A stretch of 64,000 nucleotides of DNA from Fimbriimonadales bacterium (GCA_041744215.1 JBGTLG010000015.1:165973-229972), one strand, 5' to 3'; shown: positions 47,558 to 57,864, numbered from the stretch's first letter. Numbers and translations: made by a program. Notes: a model not told the origin generated them from the sequence alone.

Positions 47558-48487
47558 CTACCCTGCGACCACGGCGCGATCCAACAGTCCGTAAGCGCGC
47601 ATCGCATCTTCGATTCGCTTCCTCTGGCCGTCGCTTGGCGGAATGATCGGGAGGCGATAGTTGTCGGTTTTGAAACCCAAAAGTGACGTGGCAAGTTTAA
47701 CAGGCGTTGGATTCGTAGTGCAGAACAGCGCCTGAATCAGCGGAATCATCTTCTTGTTCATGTTCGCCGCTTCAATAACACCACCAGGTCCGAAGAACGT
47801 CTCGATCATTTTGCGTATGTCCGCGCCGATCACATGGCCTGCAACGGACACAACACCGATGCCACCGACGGACAACACCGGCAGTGTCAAGACATCATCA
47901 CCGGAAAAGACGCGGAAGCCATCCGGCATTGTCGCGCAGACCTCCGCGATTTGTGCCAAGTTCCCGCTTGCTTCTTTCACAGCGCAGATGTTCTCAACAT
48001 TCTCCGCAAGCCGCTGGAGCGTCGGTGTTTCTACATTGACGGCAGTCCTGCCTTGGATGTTGTAAATTAAGACTGGCAAGTCAGTGCGCCCCGCGATCGC
48101 TCTGAAATGTTCGTACAATCCTTCTTGACTCGGCTTGTTGTAGTATGGCGAAACAAGCATGATGCCGTGCGCGCCAGCCTCAGTCGCCAAGCGTGTGAGA
48201 TGAATGCTGTGCTTAGTGTCGTAAGTCCCCGCTCCGAACACCACTGCGGCTTTCTCTCCAACCGCGCCAAGCACAACACGCAACAGCTCCAGCTTTTCGT
48301 CGTCAGATAGCGTTGGTGATTCACCTGTCGTGCCCGCAACGACGACACCCGTGTTCTCTTGGACATCCACCAAGTAGTTGGCTACACGCTCGGCCTCATC
48401 GAAGTTAATGCTGCCGTCATCTTTGAACGGCGTGACCATCGCAGTAAGCAATGATCCCCAGTCTCGCGGCGCTCGAAAAGCTCCCAT
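47558..48487 (-). CDS. dapA: 4-hydroxy-tetrahydrodipicolinate synthase
   Basis: TAMVTPF, GTTGESPTL, PYYNKPSQEG, YNIQGRT, VKEASG, SGDD, NPTPVK. Confidence 0.96.
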   Translation of the reverse strand: MGAFRAPRDWGSLLTAMVTPFKDDGSINFDEAERVANYLVDVQENTGVVVAGTTGESPTLSDDEKLELLRVVLGAVGEKAAVVFGAGTYDTKHSIHLTRLATEAGAHGIMLVSPYYNKPSQEGLYEHFRAIAGRTDLPVLIYNIQGRTAVNVETPTLQRLAENVENICAVKEASGNLAQIAEVCATMPDGFRVFSGDDVLTLPVLSVGGIGVVSVAGHVIGADIRKMIETFFGPGGVIEAANMNKKMIPLIQALFCTTNPTPVKLATSLLGFKTDNYRLPIIPPSDGQRKRIEDAMRAYGLLDRAVVAG

Positions 48488-48547
48488 ATTCTTCTTCTCC
48501 GTACAACAGTCTGACTTACAGTGTATCCCGCTCGGCCCGAAGTACGC

Positions 48548-49777
48548 TCATGCGCCCAGGACTTGATCCAAAACGTCGATCAGGCGGCCCACCTCCTCGG
48601 CAGTGTTGTAGTGAACCAGGCTCACCCGTACCACGCCGTCGTCGATCGGCAATCGGAGCGCCTCACACAGATGGTACGAATACATATGCCCATGACGGAT
48701 GCCGATACCCCGCCGACAAACCTCGTCCGAAATCACCTGACTCGACATTCGCTCGTGGACAAAGCTAACGGTCGCAACCCGTGGCAAACCGCCCCGACCC
48801 GGCCCAATGACCCGCATTCCACCCTTGGACTCAAGATACTCAAGGAGGACTTCCTGCAGGGGCGTCTCGAGTGATTCAATAAGCCCGTAAGCCCGCTCAA
48901 TCATCGCACGGCGAGATGGAGTAGTTCCCGCCAAAAAGTGGAAGTAACCGACGAGCCCCATCAACCCCGCCAGAAGTTCATGCGCCTGGCACCCGAGCTC
49001 GAACTTCGTTGGCGACCCCTTGTCAATAAAGAAGTGGTTTGGACCAACAACGTCCTCCCAAGCTTCGTCGGATCCCCAGAGTACTCCCACGTGAGGACCA
49101 AACACCTTGTACGCTGAAAACACGTACCAATCGACTCCCCAATCTGCAACATTCATTGCGCGATGCGGCGCAAACGCAACCCCGTCAACCACAGAACGCG
49201 CGCCAGCAGATCGCACAAGATCAGCAACGCGCTTCACATCGACAATCTCACCGAGTAGATTGGAAACATGAGGAAGAGCGACGATTCGAGTGCGCTTGTT
49301 CAGAAGTGGCTCAAGCGTGCTCATCGGGCACGTTTCCAAGTCTGCGCCGATCGGCCACATACGAACGCGCACACCGCGAGAAGCTAGTTTTTTCCACGGA
49401 TTCAGGTTCGCTTCGTGACCACCTTCGGCGATGATGACTTCGTCCCCAGGCTCCAGCGTCTCCCCATAGGAATCTGCCAAAAACCTAATCAGTGTGCTCG
49501 TTGAGTGACCAAAGCTCGTCTTACCACGACTGCCGCCACCAACAAGCTCGGCAGCGAACTCGCGGGCCCTGGTCAGCGACTCGGTTGCGTGAACCGACTG
49601 AGGATAGGAGGCGCCAGTTTGCACGTACAGCTCACGCATGTACTTCACAATTGCGTCGATGACGTCGACCGGAACTTGAGTCCCACCAGCGTTCTCAAGA
49701 AACGCGAACTCCTCCGATATGGCGGGAAATCGCGCACGAATCTCATGAACAGTCGGCGACGGGGACTGAGAAATCAC
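48548..49777 (-). CDS. Class V aminotransferase / cysteine desulfurase-like protein
   Basis: LENAGGTQVP, HEANLNPW, VDGVAFAPH, FSAYKVFGPH, GVVRVSLVHYN; GTG start with CATAAT 6 nt upstream. Confidence 0.9.
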   Translation of the reverse strand: MISQSPSPTVHEIRARFPAISEEFAFLENAGGTQVPVDVIDAIVKYMRELYVQTGASYPQSVHATESLTRAREFAAELVGGGSRGKTSFGHSTSTLIRFLADSYGETLEPGDEVIIAEGGHEANLNPWKKLASRGVRVRMWPIGADLETCPMSTLEPLLNKRTRIVALPHVSNLLGEIVDVKRVADLVRSAGARSVVDGVAFAPHRAMNVADWGVDWYVFSAYKVFGPHVGVLWGSDEAWEDVVGPNHFFIDKGSPTKFELGCQAHELLAGLMGLVGYFHFLAGTTPSRRAMIERAYGLIESLETPLQEVLLEYLESKGGMRVIGPGRGGLPRVATVSFVHERMSSQVISDEVCRRGIGIRHGHMYSYHLCEALRLPIDDGVVRVSLVHYNTAEEVGRLIDVLDQVLGA

Positions 49778-49938
49778 TCTCGGATTATGGCGTAGGCACC
49801 TAAACCTGAAAAGAGAAACGACAGTCTCACCATGCCCCGCCCGAGCCCATAACACTGAGAATAGCGATCAGACCACAACTCTCGCAGCATCCGACTGGGT
49901 AACCTCCCGCGCCAACGGACGGAGTACGGAGGAAGCGC

Positions 49939-51534
49939 ATGGCAAAAAGCGAAGCCCCCAAGAAGGCGACGTTTCTCGACAGGTTCGAGCGGATGGGCAA
50001 CAAACTGCCCGACCCCGCCACACTGTTTCTCATCGGTGCGGTCATCGTCATCGGGCTGTCCCAACTCGGCGAAGCTTTCGGTTGGAGCATCCAGCCAGTC
50101 AAACCGCAAACGATCCCAGGCGAAGCTGGCCTGCGGCTGGTGCCGGAAGGGGACCCGCTAAGCGCAGTCGGGCTGCTGTCTGCCGAAGGCATCTTCTGGA
50201 TGCTGTCCAATCTGGTCAGCAACTTCATCAACTTCCCGCCGCTCGGCATCGTCCTCGTCGGCATGCTCGGCATCGGCGTCGCCGAACGAACCGGCATGAT
50301 GGCAGCGCTCCTTAAGGCGTTCCTCTATCTCGTCCCTGCTTCGCTCCTCACGCCCGCGATGGTCTTCCTTGGCATCATGTCGTCGATGGGTATCGACGCG
50401 GGATACATCGTCTTGCCTCCTCTTGCGATGGCGCTTTACAAAGCCGTCGGGAGATCCCCTATCGTTGGCCTCGCGGCGGTTTTCGCGGGTGTTTCCGCAG
50501 GATTCAACGCGAACCTCTTCATCACAGGACTCGACCCAATGCTCGCGAGTTTTTCCACCCTGGGCGCGCAAGTCGTAGACCCGAGCTATGTTGTGGATCC
50601 TCGCGCAAACTGGTTCTTCATGATCGCCTCGACTGTCGTTATGACGCTCGCGGGCTGGTTCATCACCGCGAAGTTTGTCGAGCCGCGATTCGAGCGAAAA
50701 ACCGAAGAAGACGGTGGCCCGCCGCCTGACAAACAGGACATGAAGACGGTCCGCATTCTCGATCCGAGCGAACGAAAGGGCCTCGTCGCCGGAGCAGTCG
50801 CATTTGCCCTGGTGTTCGCCGGAATCCTCGCGATGATTTTAATCGAGGGGGCGCCGCTTCACGGAAAAGCGGCGGACGCACCGTTCGATCGGTGGGTTCA
50901 AGTCATCGTTCCGCTCATCTTCTTGACGTTCCTGATTCCCTCTCTCGCTTACGGTTTCACCTCGAAGACACTCAAAACGGAACGCGACGCAGCGAAAGCG
51001 ATGGTTGACGCGATGGCTGGAATGGCCCCAATCATCGTCTTAGCATTCTTCGCTGCGCAATTCATCGCGTTCTTTAACAAGTCCAACCTCGGCCAGATGC
51101 TCGCGATGTGGGGCGGGCAGTCGCTCGCACAAGCCGACATGAGTCCGATGCTGCTGATTGTCGCATTCATCTTGGTCACCGCAGTGTTCAACCTCTTCGT
51201 AGGCTCGATGTCAGCGAAGTACGCGATGTTCGCTCCAATCTTTGTGCCGATGTTGATGCTCGTCGGAATCAGCCCAGAACTGACGCAGGCCGCATACCGC
51301 ATTGGCGACTCGGTAACAAACATCATCACGCCGCTTAACGCGTATCTCATCATCATCCTCGTAGCAATGCGCAAATATGTACCGAAAGCAGGAATGGGAA
51401 CGCTCGTCTCAACGATGCTTCCCTACTCTATCGGCTTTCTGATCATCTGGACGCTCATGCTACTCGCTTGGATGGCAACCGGCCAGCCACTCGGCCCAGA
51501 GGGTCCGCTCACATACCAAGGTGTCGCTCAATAG
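49939..51534 (+). CDS. AbgT family transporter (p-aminobenzoyl-glutamate / MtrF-like)
   Basis: ERMGNKLPDP, NFINFPPLG, YRIGDSVTNIITP, MLPYS. Confidence 0.93.
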   Translation: MAKSEAPKKATFLDRFERMGNKLPDPATLFLIGAVIVIGLSQLGEAFGWSIQPVKPQTIPGEAGLRLVPEGDPLSAVGLLSAEGIFWMLSNLVSNFINFPPLGIVLVGMLGIGVAERTGMMAALLKAFLYLVPASLLTPAMVFLGIMSSMGIDAGYIVLPPLAMALYKAVGRSPIVGLAAVFAGVSAGFNANLFITGLDPMLASFSTLGAQVVDPSYVVDPRANWFFMIASTVVMTLAGWFITAKFVEPRFERKTEEDGGPPPDKQDMKTVRILDPSERKGLVAGAVAFALVFAGILAMILIEGAPLHGKAADAPFDRWVQVIVPLIFLTFLIPSLAYGFTSKTLKTERDAAKAMVDAMAGMAPIIVLAFFAAQFIAFFNKSNLGQMLAMWGGQSLAQADMSPMLLIVAFILVTAVFNLFVGSMSAKYAMFAPIFVPMLMLVGISPELTQAAYRIGDSVTNIITPLNAYLIIILVAMRKYVPKAGMGTLVSTMLPYSIGFLIIWTLMLLAWMATGQPLGPEGPLTYQGVAQ

Positions 51535-51674
51535 CCCAACATTTTGAGCGAGCGCAAGACAATTGAAAATGGTAAGAATACTTGCTCAACCCCTTGGATC
51601 GGGGATCCGAGTTGCTGTATATTGAGGCGTGCCCGGACTTGGCTGGGCGATCATGACCCCTTTGGAGGAAAGAA

Positions 51675-52409
51675 ATGAGAACAAAAGTGTTTGTTGTCGT
51701 CGCTGGCCTAGTGGGAGCTACAGCAGCTTCGGCCCAAGTCTATTCGACAATCCCCAACGCATTCGAAAACGCCATTGGAGGCAGTACATTCCTCGGGCCG
51801 CTCGCAAACTCGCAGCGCACCTACCAACTTCTGATCAACGCGAATCAGATGACGCACCACCTCGGCAATGATTTAACAGGCATGACGTTCCGGTTGCCAA
51901 CTTCTGCGACGGCGGGATGGCCAACTGCAGACGTAACGTTTACAAACTACGATATTCGCCTCAGCGAGAGTGTCGCACCGGCCAACCGAAGTCTCACCTT
52001 TGCAGACAACGTCGTTGGAACGCAAACGCTCGTACGCTCAGGCGGCCTCACAATCACGCCTGACTCATTTACCTCCGGAAACGTTCCGAACCTGTTCGGA
52101 GTCATGATCGACTTTCAAAGTGGCTACACCTACACCGGCGGGCACTTGCTCATCGAGATAAGGCACACGGGCTTCACAGGAACATCCCGAAGCGTCGACG
52201 CAATCGCAGCAACAGGCGGCCCGGCGGGAGTGTATCACGAGCAAGTCAGCGCGGCGTGGACGGGCAACTACACGGGCACTTCCGGCAGCCAAGGCAACTT
52301 CTCCGTCATCCAACTCGAGTCGGTTCCCGAACCCGGCACAATGGCGGTCATAGCAGTCGGGCTCGCAGGGCTAATCGCCCGGCGACGTGCGCGCGCCGCA
52401 AAAGCGTAA
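51675..52409 (+). CDS. PEP-CTERM sorting domain surface protein
   Basis: Signal peptide; C-terminal VPEPGTMAVIAVGLAGLIARRRARAAKA; SD GGAGG. Confidence 0.9.
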   Translation: MRTKVFVVVAGLVGATAASAQVYSTIPNAFENAIGGSTFLGPLANSQRTYQLLINANQMTHHLGNDLTGMTFRLPTSATAGWPTADVTFTNYDIRLSESVAPANRSLTFADNVVGTQTLVRSGGLTITPDSFTSGNVPNLFGVMIDFQSGYTYTGGHLLIEIRHTGFTGTSRSVDAIAATGGPAGVYHEQVSAAWTGNYTGTSGSQGNFSVIQLESVPEPGTMAVIAVGLAGLIARRRARAAKA

Positions 52410-52473
52410 GCGGAAAGTAACGATCCCCGTGTTGCCTCAAGTGAGAGAAATCCCACTCGACCTTGTAGACTGA

Positions 52474-52525
52474 AGAACCGTATCTGTGGCGCAGACTGCG
52501 GCGAACCCCACAGATACGGTTCTAC
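52474..52525. repeat. 16-bp perfect inverted repeat, REP-like (GTAG end on the minus strand) or terminator
   Basis: AGAACCGTATCTGTGG (52474-52489) and CCACAGATACGGTTCT (52508-52523). Confidence 0.6.
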
Positions 52526-52557
52526 TGCACTTTCAATACTGCCTGCTGCTACCGCTG

Positions 52558-52585
52558 GGTAACCTATCGTCTCGGTTTGTCGTCC
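52558..52585 (+). promoter_or_regulatory. Putative autoregulatory ECF promoter (GGTAAC-N17-CGTCC)
   Basis: Ends 10 nt upstream of the ECF sigma ATG at 52596. Confidence 0.6.
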
Positions 52586-52595
52586 AAATCAGGGC

Positions 52596-53168
52596 ATGAC
52601 GGCGACTGTCATTGATATGGGTAGTTTCGCTTTTGACGAGGACGCGGTGCTCGTCGAGAGGTTTCTGGCCGGTGACCAATCCGCTTTTGATTCGCTCTAT
52701 AGTCGATATCACGAGAAGGTCTACGTCATCGCAAAAGGCGTCCTGCTCGACCCCGACGACGCGGCCGACGCCGTCCAGGAGACGTTTACCCTCATCTTTC
52801 GCAATCTGCCCCGTTTTCACCGGCGGAGCAAGCTCTCCACCTGGATCTTTCGTATCGCGGTCAACTCTGCAATTCAGAGGGGGCGCCGTCTCAAGCATCG
52901 AGCCAAACTAACGACGCTCGATGAGGCGCGTGACCAGGTAGAGGAATCTCAAGAATCGGACGTGGCAGGAGTCGATCTTGTGGCGACCGCGATGTCTCGC
53001 CTTCGCACCGAGGATAGGGCGATCCTGACCCTTTTTTATTGGGAAGACCTTTCGCTAAACGAAATCGCTGAGGCGCTATCGTGCGGTGCAAACGCTGCGA
53101 AGACCCGCCTTTATCGTGCCAGAGAGCGGTTTCGCGAACACTTCGAAGCGCTCGGGGGCCGCGAATGA
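52596..53168 (+). CDS. ECF-type RNA polymerase sigma factor
   Basis: GDQSAFDSLY, DAADAVQETF, STWIFRIAVN, region 4 LSLNEIAEAL...KTRLYRAR. Confidence 0.93.
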   Translation: MTATVIDMGSFAFDEDAVLVERFLAGDQSAFDSLYSRYHEKVYVIAKGVLLDPDDAADAVQETFTLIFRNLPRFHRRSKLSTWIFRIAVNSAIQRGRRLKHRAKLTTLDEARDQVEESQESDVAGVDLVATAMSRLRTEDRAILTLFYWEDLSLNEIAEALSCGANAAKTRLYRARERFREHFEALGGRE

Positions 53169-53953
53169 GCAAGCGGCTTGACCCCGAGACAGAAGAACTC
53201 CTATGGGCTGCGGCCGAGAGCGATGACCCAGCGGTCGTTGATGAGTTCGAGCGGCGCTTCCCCGACCTCCGGCCAGAGCTTGCTACCAGGCGCGTGATGG
53301 TCGAAGTGCTCAGAAAGTCGAAACCCGATGCCGCGGCAGGTGCCAAGGAAACTTTCAAGCCTACGCCTACCGCGCGCGCGGTGTTTGCCCAGAGAGTCGT
53401 CTGGGTTCCCGCAATGGCTGTCGCCCTCGCCGTTCTCGCGTTTGGCGCATATCAAGCCACGCTGTACTTCGTCCAAGAGAAGCCGGTGTCGTCTCAGGAT
53501 GGAAACGTCGACGGCACAAATCGCGGTGCGCCACCGCCCGCTCCTGTGATCACCGGCGACGGAGCCGACACTTCACAAGGAGTGCCGGTCGACGATGGCA
53601 GCCGAGACCCCGTTACGGGACGGCCGTTGGGCGTTGGCGATCGCCCTCCGACCCCGCGAGAACCGGAAAAGCTCGTGGAGTTGCCCGGCGAAACAACCCT
53701 TTTCGCGGCCTTTGACCAATTCGTCAAGCAAACAGGTATTCGCGTACAGTTGATGCCCGGAGTCGTCGATGCACCCATCCGCCTGTTCCTCGGAGACTCG
53801 AATCAGAGCATCTTCTTGCCTCCAGGAGAAGCGGTGCAAGCGATAGCACGTGCCGGGCGCGTCCGCATTCTGCAAAACGGCCCCGAGGAGTACTTGGTGT
53901 TTCCGCCAGAGAACACTGAATCCAGATCGGGCACAGAAGGCGCAAATCAGTAG
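53165..53953 (+). CDS. Putative cognate anti-sigma factor (TM, C-terminal STN/FecR-C-like domain)
   Basis: ATGA overlap with the sigma gene, single TM, Pro-rich linker, TTLFAAFDQFVKQTGIRV...EAVQAIARAG. Confidence 0.65.
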   Translation: MSKRLDPETEELLWAAAESDDPAVVDEFERRFPDLRPELATRRVMVEVLRKSKPDAAAGAKETFKPTPTARAVFAQRVVWVPAMAVALAVLAFGAYQATLYFVQEKPVSSQDGNVDGTNRGAPPPAPVITGDGADTSQGVPVDDGSRDPVTGRPLGVGDRPPTPREPEKLVELPGETTLFAAFDQFVKQTGIRVQLMPGVVDAPIRLFLGDSNQSIFLPPGEAVQAIARAGRVRILQNGPEEYLVFPPENTESRSGTEGANQ

Positions 53954-54093
53954 CGGTCCTTCTTTGACCCCGCGCCATAGCAAGCGTGGGTAATATCGAA
54001 GAGTCAAGCGGCGTTTCCCGTGCGGCAATGGTGCCGTAACTGGGTTTCTTTCGCCTTCCACGTCGAGGGCAATCCCGACCGCAAGGAGAGACT

Positions 54094-56787
54094 GTGCCTG
54101 ATAAAAGCGTTTTCCTATTTCGAGAAGGTTCTGCAGATATGCGCGACCTGCTCGGTGGCAAGGGTGCAAACCTTTGCGAAATGACCAACATAGGCCTGCC
54201 TGTACCGCCCGGCTTTGTCATCACAACAGACGTCTGCCGCGACTTTTATGACGAGGGCGGACGATTGCCGACTGATTTAATGCCTTCAGTTCGCGAAGCA
54301 ATGCAAGATGTTGAGCGCGATCTTGGCAAGCAGTTTGGAGATCCCGCAAATCCGCTCCTCGTGTCCGTTCGGTCCGGATCCAGATTCAGCATGCCCGGAA
54401 TGATGGACACCATCCTAAACCTCGGATTGAACGCAGAGACTCTGAGAGGAATCATCAAATCCACGGGCAATGCGAGATTTGCGTGGGACGCGTACCGCCG
54501 ATTCATTATGATGTTCTCGGACGTCGTGCTTGGAGTCGAGAAACGATCATTCGAACACATCTTCGAACAGTTTAAAAAGAGTCATGGCTCAACTGTCGAT
54601 ACCCAACTTAACGCAGAAGATTTAGAGCAAGTCGCCATGCTGTTCCTTGAGCATGTACGCGCTCACACAGGTCGCGATTTTCCTGCAGATCCGTGGGAGC
54701 AAGTCGAAATGGCGATCGAAGCGGTGTTCAAGAGTTGGAACAACGACCGCGCGATTGTTTATCGCAGACAAGAGAAAATCCCCGACGACATTGGAACAGC
54801 AGTCAGCGTTCAAGCGATGGTCTATGGAAACATGGGCGACGATTCCGGCACGGGAGTCGCCTTCACACGCGATCCGTCCACTGGAGAGCGTGTGCTCTAT
54901 GGAGAATTCCTTGTCAACGCTCAAGGAGAGGACGTCGTCGCTGGCATTCGCACCCCCCTTCCCATCAGCAACATGGCAGAGGCGCTGCCCGAGCCTTATA
55001 AAGAGTTCATGCAGATCTGCGACAAGTTAGAGGCGCACTACCACGATATGATGGACTTGGAGTTCACCGTGGAGAGGAGTCGCTTGTTTATGCTCCAGTG
55101 CAGGGTTGGTAAACGCACGGGTTCATCCGCCGTCCGATTGGCGATAGAAATGGCAACCGAGGGACTCATTAGCAGAGAAACCGCGATACAGCGCGTGACC
55201 GCTTCACATCTGGATCAGTTGCTTCACCCTCGAATCGACGAGCAAAACCTTGAAGAAAGTGGCACCAAACCCCTTGCAACCGGATTAGCGGCGTCGCCCG
55301 GCGCAGCTGTGGGAATCGCGGTGTTCGATGCGGATCGCGCTGCAGAACTTGGCGCAGCCGGGAAGAAGGTAATCCTGGTGCGCGACGAAACAAACCCCGA
55401 CGATGTCCACGGAATGCTTGCAGCTCAAGCGATACTCACTGCGCGCGGCGGCAAGACGAGTCACGCTGCAGTCGTTGCGCGCGGCTTCGGAATTCCATGC
55501 GTCGCGGGCTGCGAAGCATTGGATGTTGACTTGCAGGGTCGCATGTTTTCAGTTGGTGGAACCGTGGTCAAAGAAGGCGCATGGATAACGATTGACGGGA
55601 CCACGGGGCGAGTGTATCTCGACAAGATGCGGCTCATCGACCCGGAGGTTGGCGGAGACTTCGCAACGCTGATGGAATGGTGCGACGAGCTGAGGAAGCT
55701 CCGTGTCCGCGCAAACGCAGATAACCCGCGCGATGCGGCGCAGGCGATTGAGTTCGGCGCAGAAGGCATTGGGCTCTGCCGAACAGAACACATGTTCTTT
55801 GAGCGGGATCGGCTTCCAATCGTTCAGCAAATGATCCTCGCGGACACCGATGAAGAGCGAGAACTCGCTCTCGACAAGCTCCTCGGTATGCAGCAGCGCG
55901 ACTTCGAAGGAATTTTCGAAGCAATGGCGGGCAAGCCGGTCACGATTCGGCTGATCGATCCACCTCTTCACGAGTTCTTGCCCTCATACGACGATCTGCT
56001 TGAGCAAGTGGTCGAACTCCGGCTTGCCGTTCATACGCTCGGTGCCGAATCCATCAAACGTGTCTTAGAAGAGAAGGAGCGACTGCTCAAGACGATCGAG
56101 GGGATGCGAGAGTCAAACCCAATGCTCGGCCTTCGAGGCGTGCGCCTAAGCATTCTCTTCCCCGGCATCGTTGCAATGCAGACCAAGGCCATATTGCAGG
56201 CTGCGGTCAAGATGAAGAGGCACGGCATCGACACGCAGCCTGAAATCATGATTCCACTTGTTGGGCATGTGAACGAGTTGAAGACTGTTCGTGAAAAGCT
56301 GGAGGCGGTCGCAGCCTCCGTGGTCGAAGAAATGGGTGAACAAATCCCGTATACGATCGGAACCATGATCGAGCTGCCGCGAGCCTGCCTCACCGCTGGC
56401 GCCATCGCCGAGTTCGCGCAGTTCTTCAGTTTTGGTACGAACGATCTAACGCAAACGACGTTCGGTTTCAGCAGAGACGACGCGGAAGGAAAGTTCCTGC
56501 AAAAGTATGTCGACATGAAAGTGTTGCCAGTGAATCCATTCGAAACGCTCGACCAAGCGGGTGTAGGGCGGTTGATGAAGATCTGCGTCGACGAAGCTCG
56601 GCAAGTCAATCCTCAGCTCAAGCTCGGTATCTGTGGTGAGCACGGTGGTGATCCAGCGTCGATCGAGTTTTGCCACAAACTCGGTCTCGACTACGTATCC
56701 TGTTCGCCGTTCCGTGTTCCGATAGCTCGATTGGCCGCAGCGCAGGCGACAATCTCGGATCGCGTCACCGCCATCGTTGACAAGTGA
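54094..56787 (+). CDS. ppdK: Pyruvate, phosphate dikinase
   Basis: LLGGKGANL, LLVSVRSG..SMPGMMDT, GGKTSHAAVVAR (phospho-His), GIGLCRTEHMF, GICGEHGGDP. Confidence 0.98.
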   Translation: MPDKSVFLFREGSADMRDLLGGKGANLCEMTNIGLPVPPGFVITTDVCRDFYDEGGRLPTDLMPSVREAMQDVERDLGKQFGDPANPLLVSVRSGSRFSMPGMMDTILNLGLNAETLRGIIKSTGNARFAWDAYRRFIMMFSDVVLGVEKRSFEHIFEQFKKSHGSTVDTQLNAEDLEQVAMLFLEHVRAHTGRDFPADPWEQVEMAIEAVFKSWNNDRAIVYRRQEKIPDDIGTAVSVQAMVYGNMGDDSGTGVAFTRDPSTGERVLYGEFLVNAQGEDVVAGIRTPLPISNMAEALPEPYKEFMQICDKLEAHYHDMMDLEFTVERSRLFMLQCRVGKRTGSSAVRLAIEMATEGLISRETAIQRVTASHLDQLLHPRIDEQNLEESGTKPLATGLAASPGAAVGIAVFDADRAAELGAAGKKVILVRDETNPDDVHGMLAAQAILTARGGKTSHAAVVARGFGIPCVAGCEALDVDLQGRMFSVGGTVVKEGAWITIDGTTGRVYLDKMRLIDPEVGGDFATLMEWCDELRKLRVRANADNPRDAAQAIEFGAEGIGLCRTEHMFFERDRLPIVQQMILADTDEERELALDKLLGMQQRDFEGIFEAMAGKPVTIRLIDPPLHEFLPSYDDLLEQVVELRLAVHTLGAESIKRVLEEKERLLKTIEGMRESNPMLGLRGVRLSILFPGIVAMQTKAILQAAVKMKRHGIDTQPEIMIPLVGHVNELKTVREKLEAVAASVVEEMGEQIPYTIGTMIELPRACLTAGAIAEFAQFFSFGTNDLTQTTFGFSRDDAEGKFLQKYVDMKVLPVNPFETLDQAGVGRLMKICVDEARQVNPQLKLGICGEHGGDPASIEFCHKLGLDYVSCSPFRVPIARLAAAQATISDRVTAIVDK

Positions 56788-57801
56788 TCAAGGGCCGACA
56801 AACTTGCCGATTGTGTGCGTAAACCCTTTGCTCTCCGGTTCGAAGCTGATGACATGCAAAAGCATTTCGTTGTTATACGTCTCGGTGAAGATCGCAACAT
56901 GCCCCAGGAGCAGCGGAACCCGCGAAGCGATCCCAATCGTCTCTGCGGGTGATAGTCCGCCATCAAGATCGAGGTCCTGACCAAAAATGACTGCGATCGA
57001 GTCCTCCAATCCGGCGCCAGCGATTCCGTGGTCAAGGTAAACGATCGATACGCGATTGTTCTTTGCGCCATAGGGCCAAATGAGCTTGAAACTGTAGTCC
57101 TTTGTTCCATCGCCGTCGTAATCGTGCTCTTTTAGAATTTTCACATCGGGCAAGACCTTCGGCGGGTGCCCATACCGGGGACCAATCGGAAGATGAATCG
57201 CGGTGCGCCTTCCCGAAAGATTATAAAGCGCGTTGCTCACGGTTACCCGCTGCTTTCCCGCAGAAGGGTTGAGCCAAACGTCGCTGATGCAGCCACCTAA
57301 TGCGCCAGCGACGTCCGCAAGATCGACGAACCCTGGAAGAAACCTAACCACAACGTAGTGCAGGTCTGCTGTTACGACAGGCGTGCCACCGATCGAAAAC
57401 GTAATCGCGCTATCTTCAATCGTTGCAGCTGCATTCGCCACAGCCTCGAGGTTTTCAAGCTTTACAACTCGCGCGTCACCGTGCGCCAAGCGGGGAGAGA
57501 AAAGCTCGGCTTTGCCATGAGCAAAGGCCAGGACGTGGCCGGACGAGAAGTACGCCTCGATCATCAGCCGGTCATCCAGAGCGGGTAAAGACCCACGCAT
57601 CTCAACGCGAATCGCGGTCTCCAAAAGTTCGACTCGATCAATCCGACATCCGAGCGGGGCAGGAAATCCGCTCGCGCGGAACCGGCTCTTAGAGAAGTAA
57701 TGTGACGCCGCAGTTTGTTCGCTGACCGACGCATCAACGTCTATCGGGCACGGAGGATGCCAAAGAGTGGATGCGAGCACAATTGCTAAGAGGGGCGCCA
57801 T
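56788..57801 (-). CDS. Hypothetical secreted protein
   Basis: 337-aa ORF with hydrophobic N-terminus and DYDGDG / DLDLDG Ca-binding-like loops. Confidence 0.6.
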   Translation of the reverse strand: MAPLLAIVLASTLWHPPCPIDVDASVSEQTAASHYFSKSRFRASGFPAPLGCRIDRVELLETAIRVEMRGSLPALDDRLMIEAYFSSGHVLAFAHGKAELFSPRLAHGDARVVKLENLEAVANAAATIEDSAITFSIGGTPVVTADLHYVVVRFLPGFVDLADVAGALGGCISDVWLNPSAGKQRVTVSNALYNLSGRRTAIHLPIGPRYGHPPKVLPDVKILKEHDYDGDGTKDYSFKLIWPYGAKNNRVSIVYLDHGIAGAGLEDSIAVIFGQDLDLDGGLSPAETIGIASRVPLLLGHVAIFTETYNNEMLLHVISFEPESKGFTHTIGKFVGP

Positions 57802-57864
57802 GTCTTCTTCTGCTCCAAGCTTAGACGTGCTCGCGCGTCCACCGGCACGAACAATCGGTGCCTT

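Noticed and set aside
53964-53996. TTGACC...TAATAT promoter upstream of ppdK
   Set aside because: The spacer is 21 nt, too long for a sigma70 promoter.
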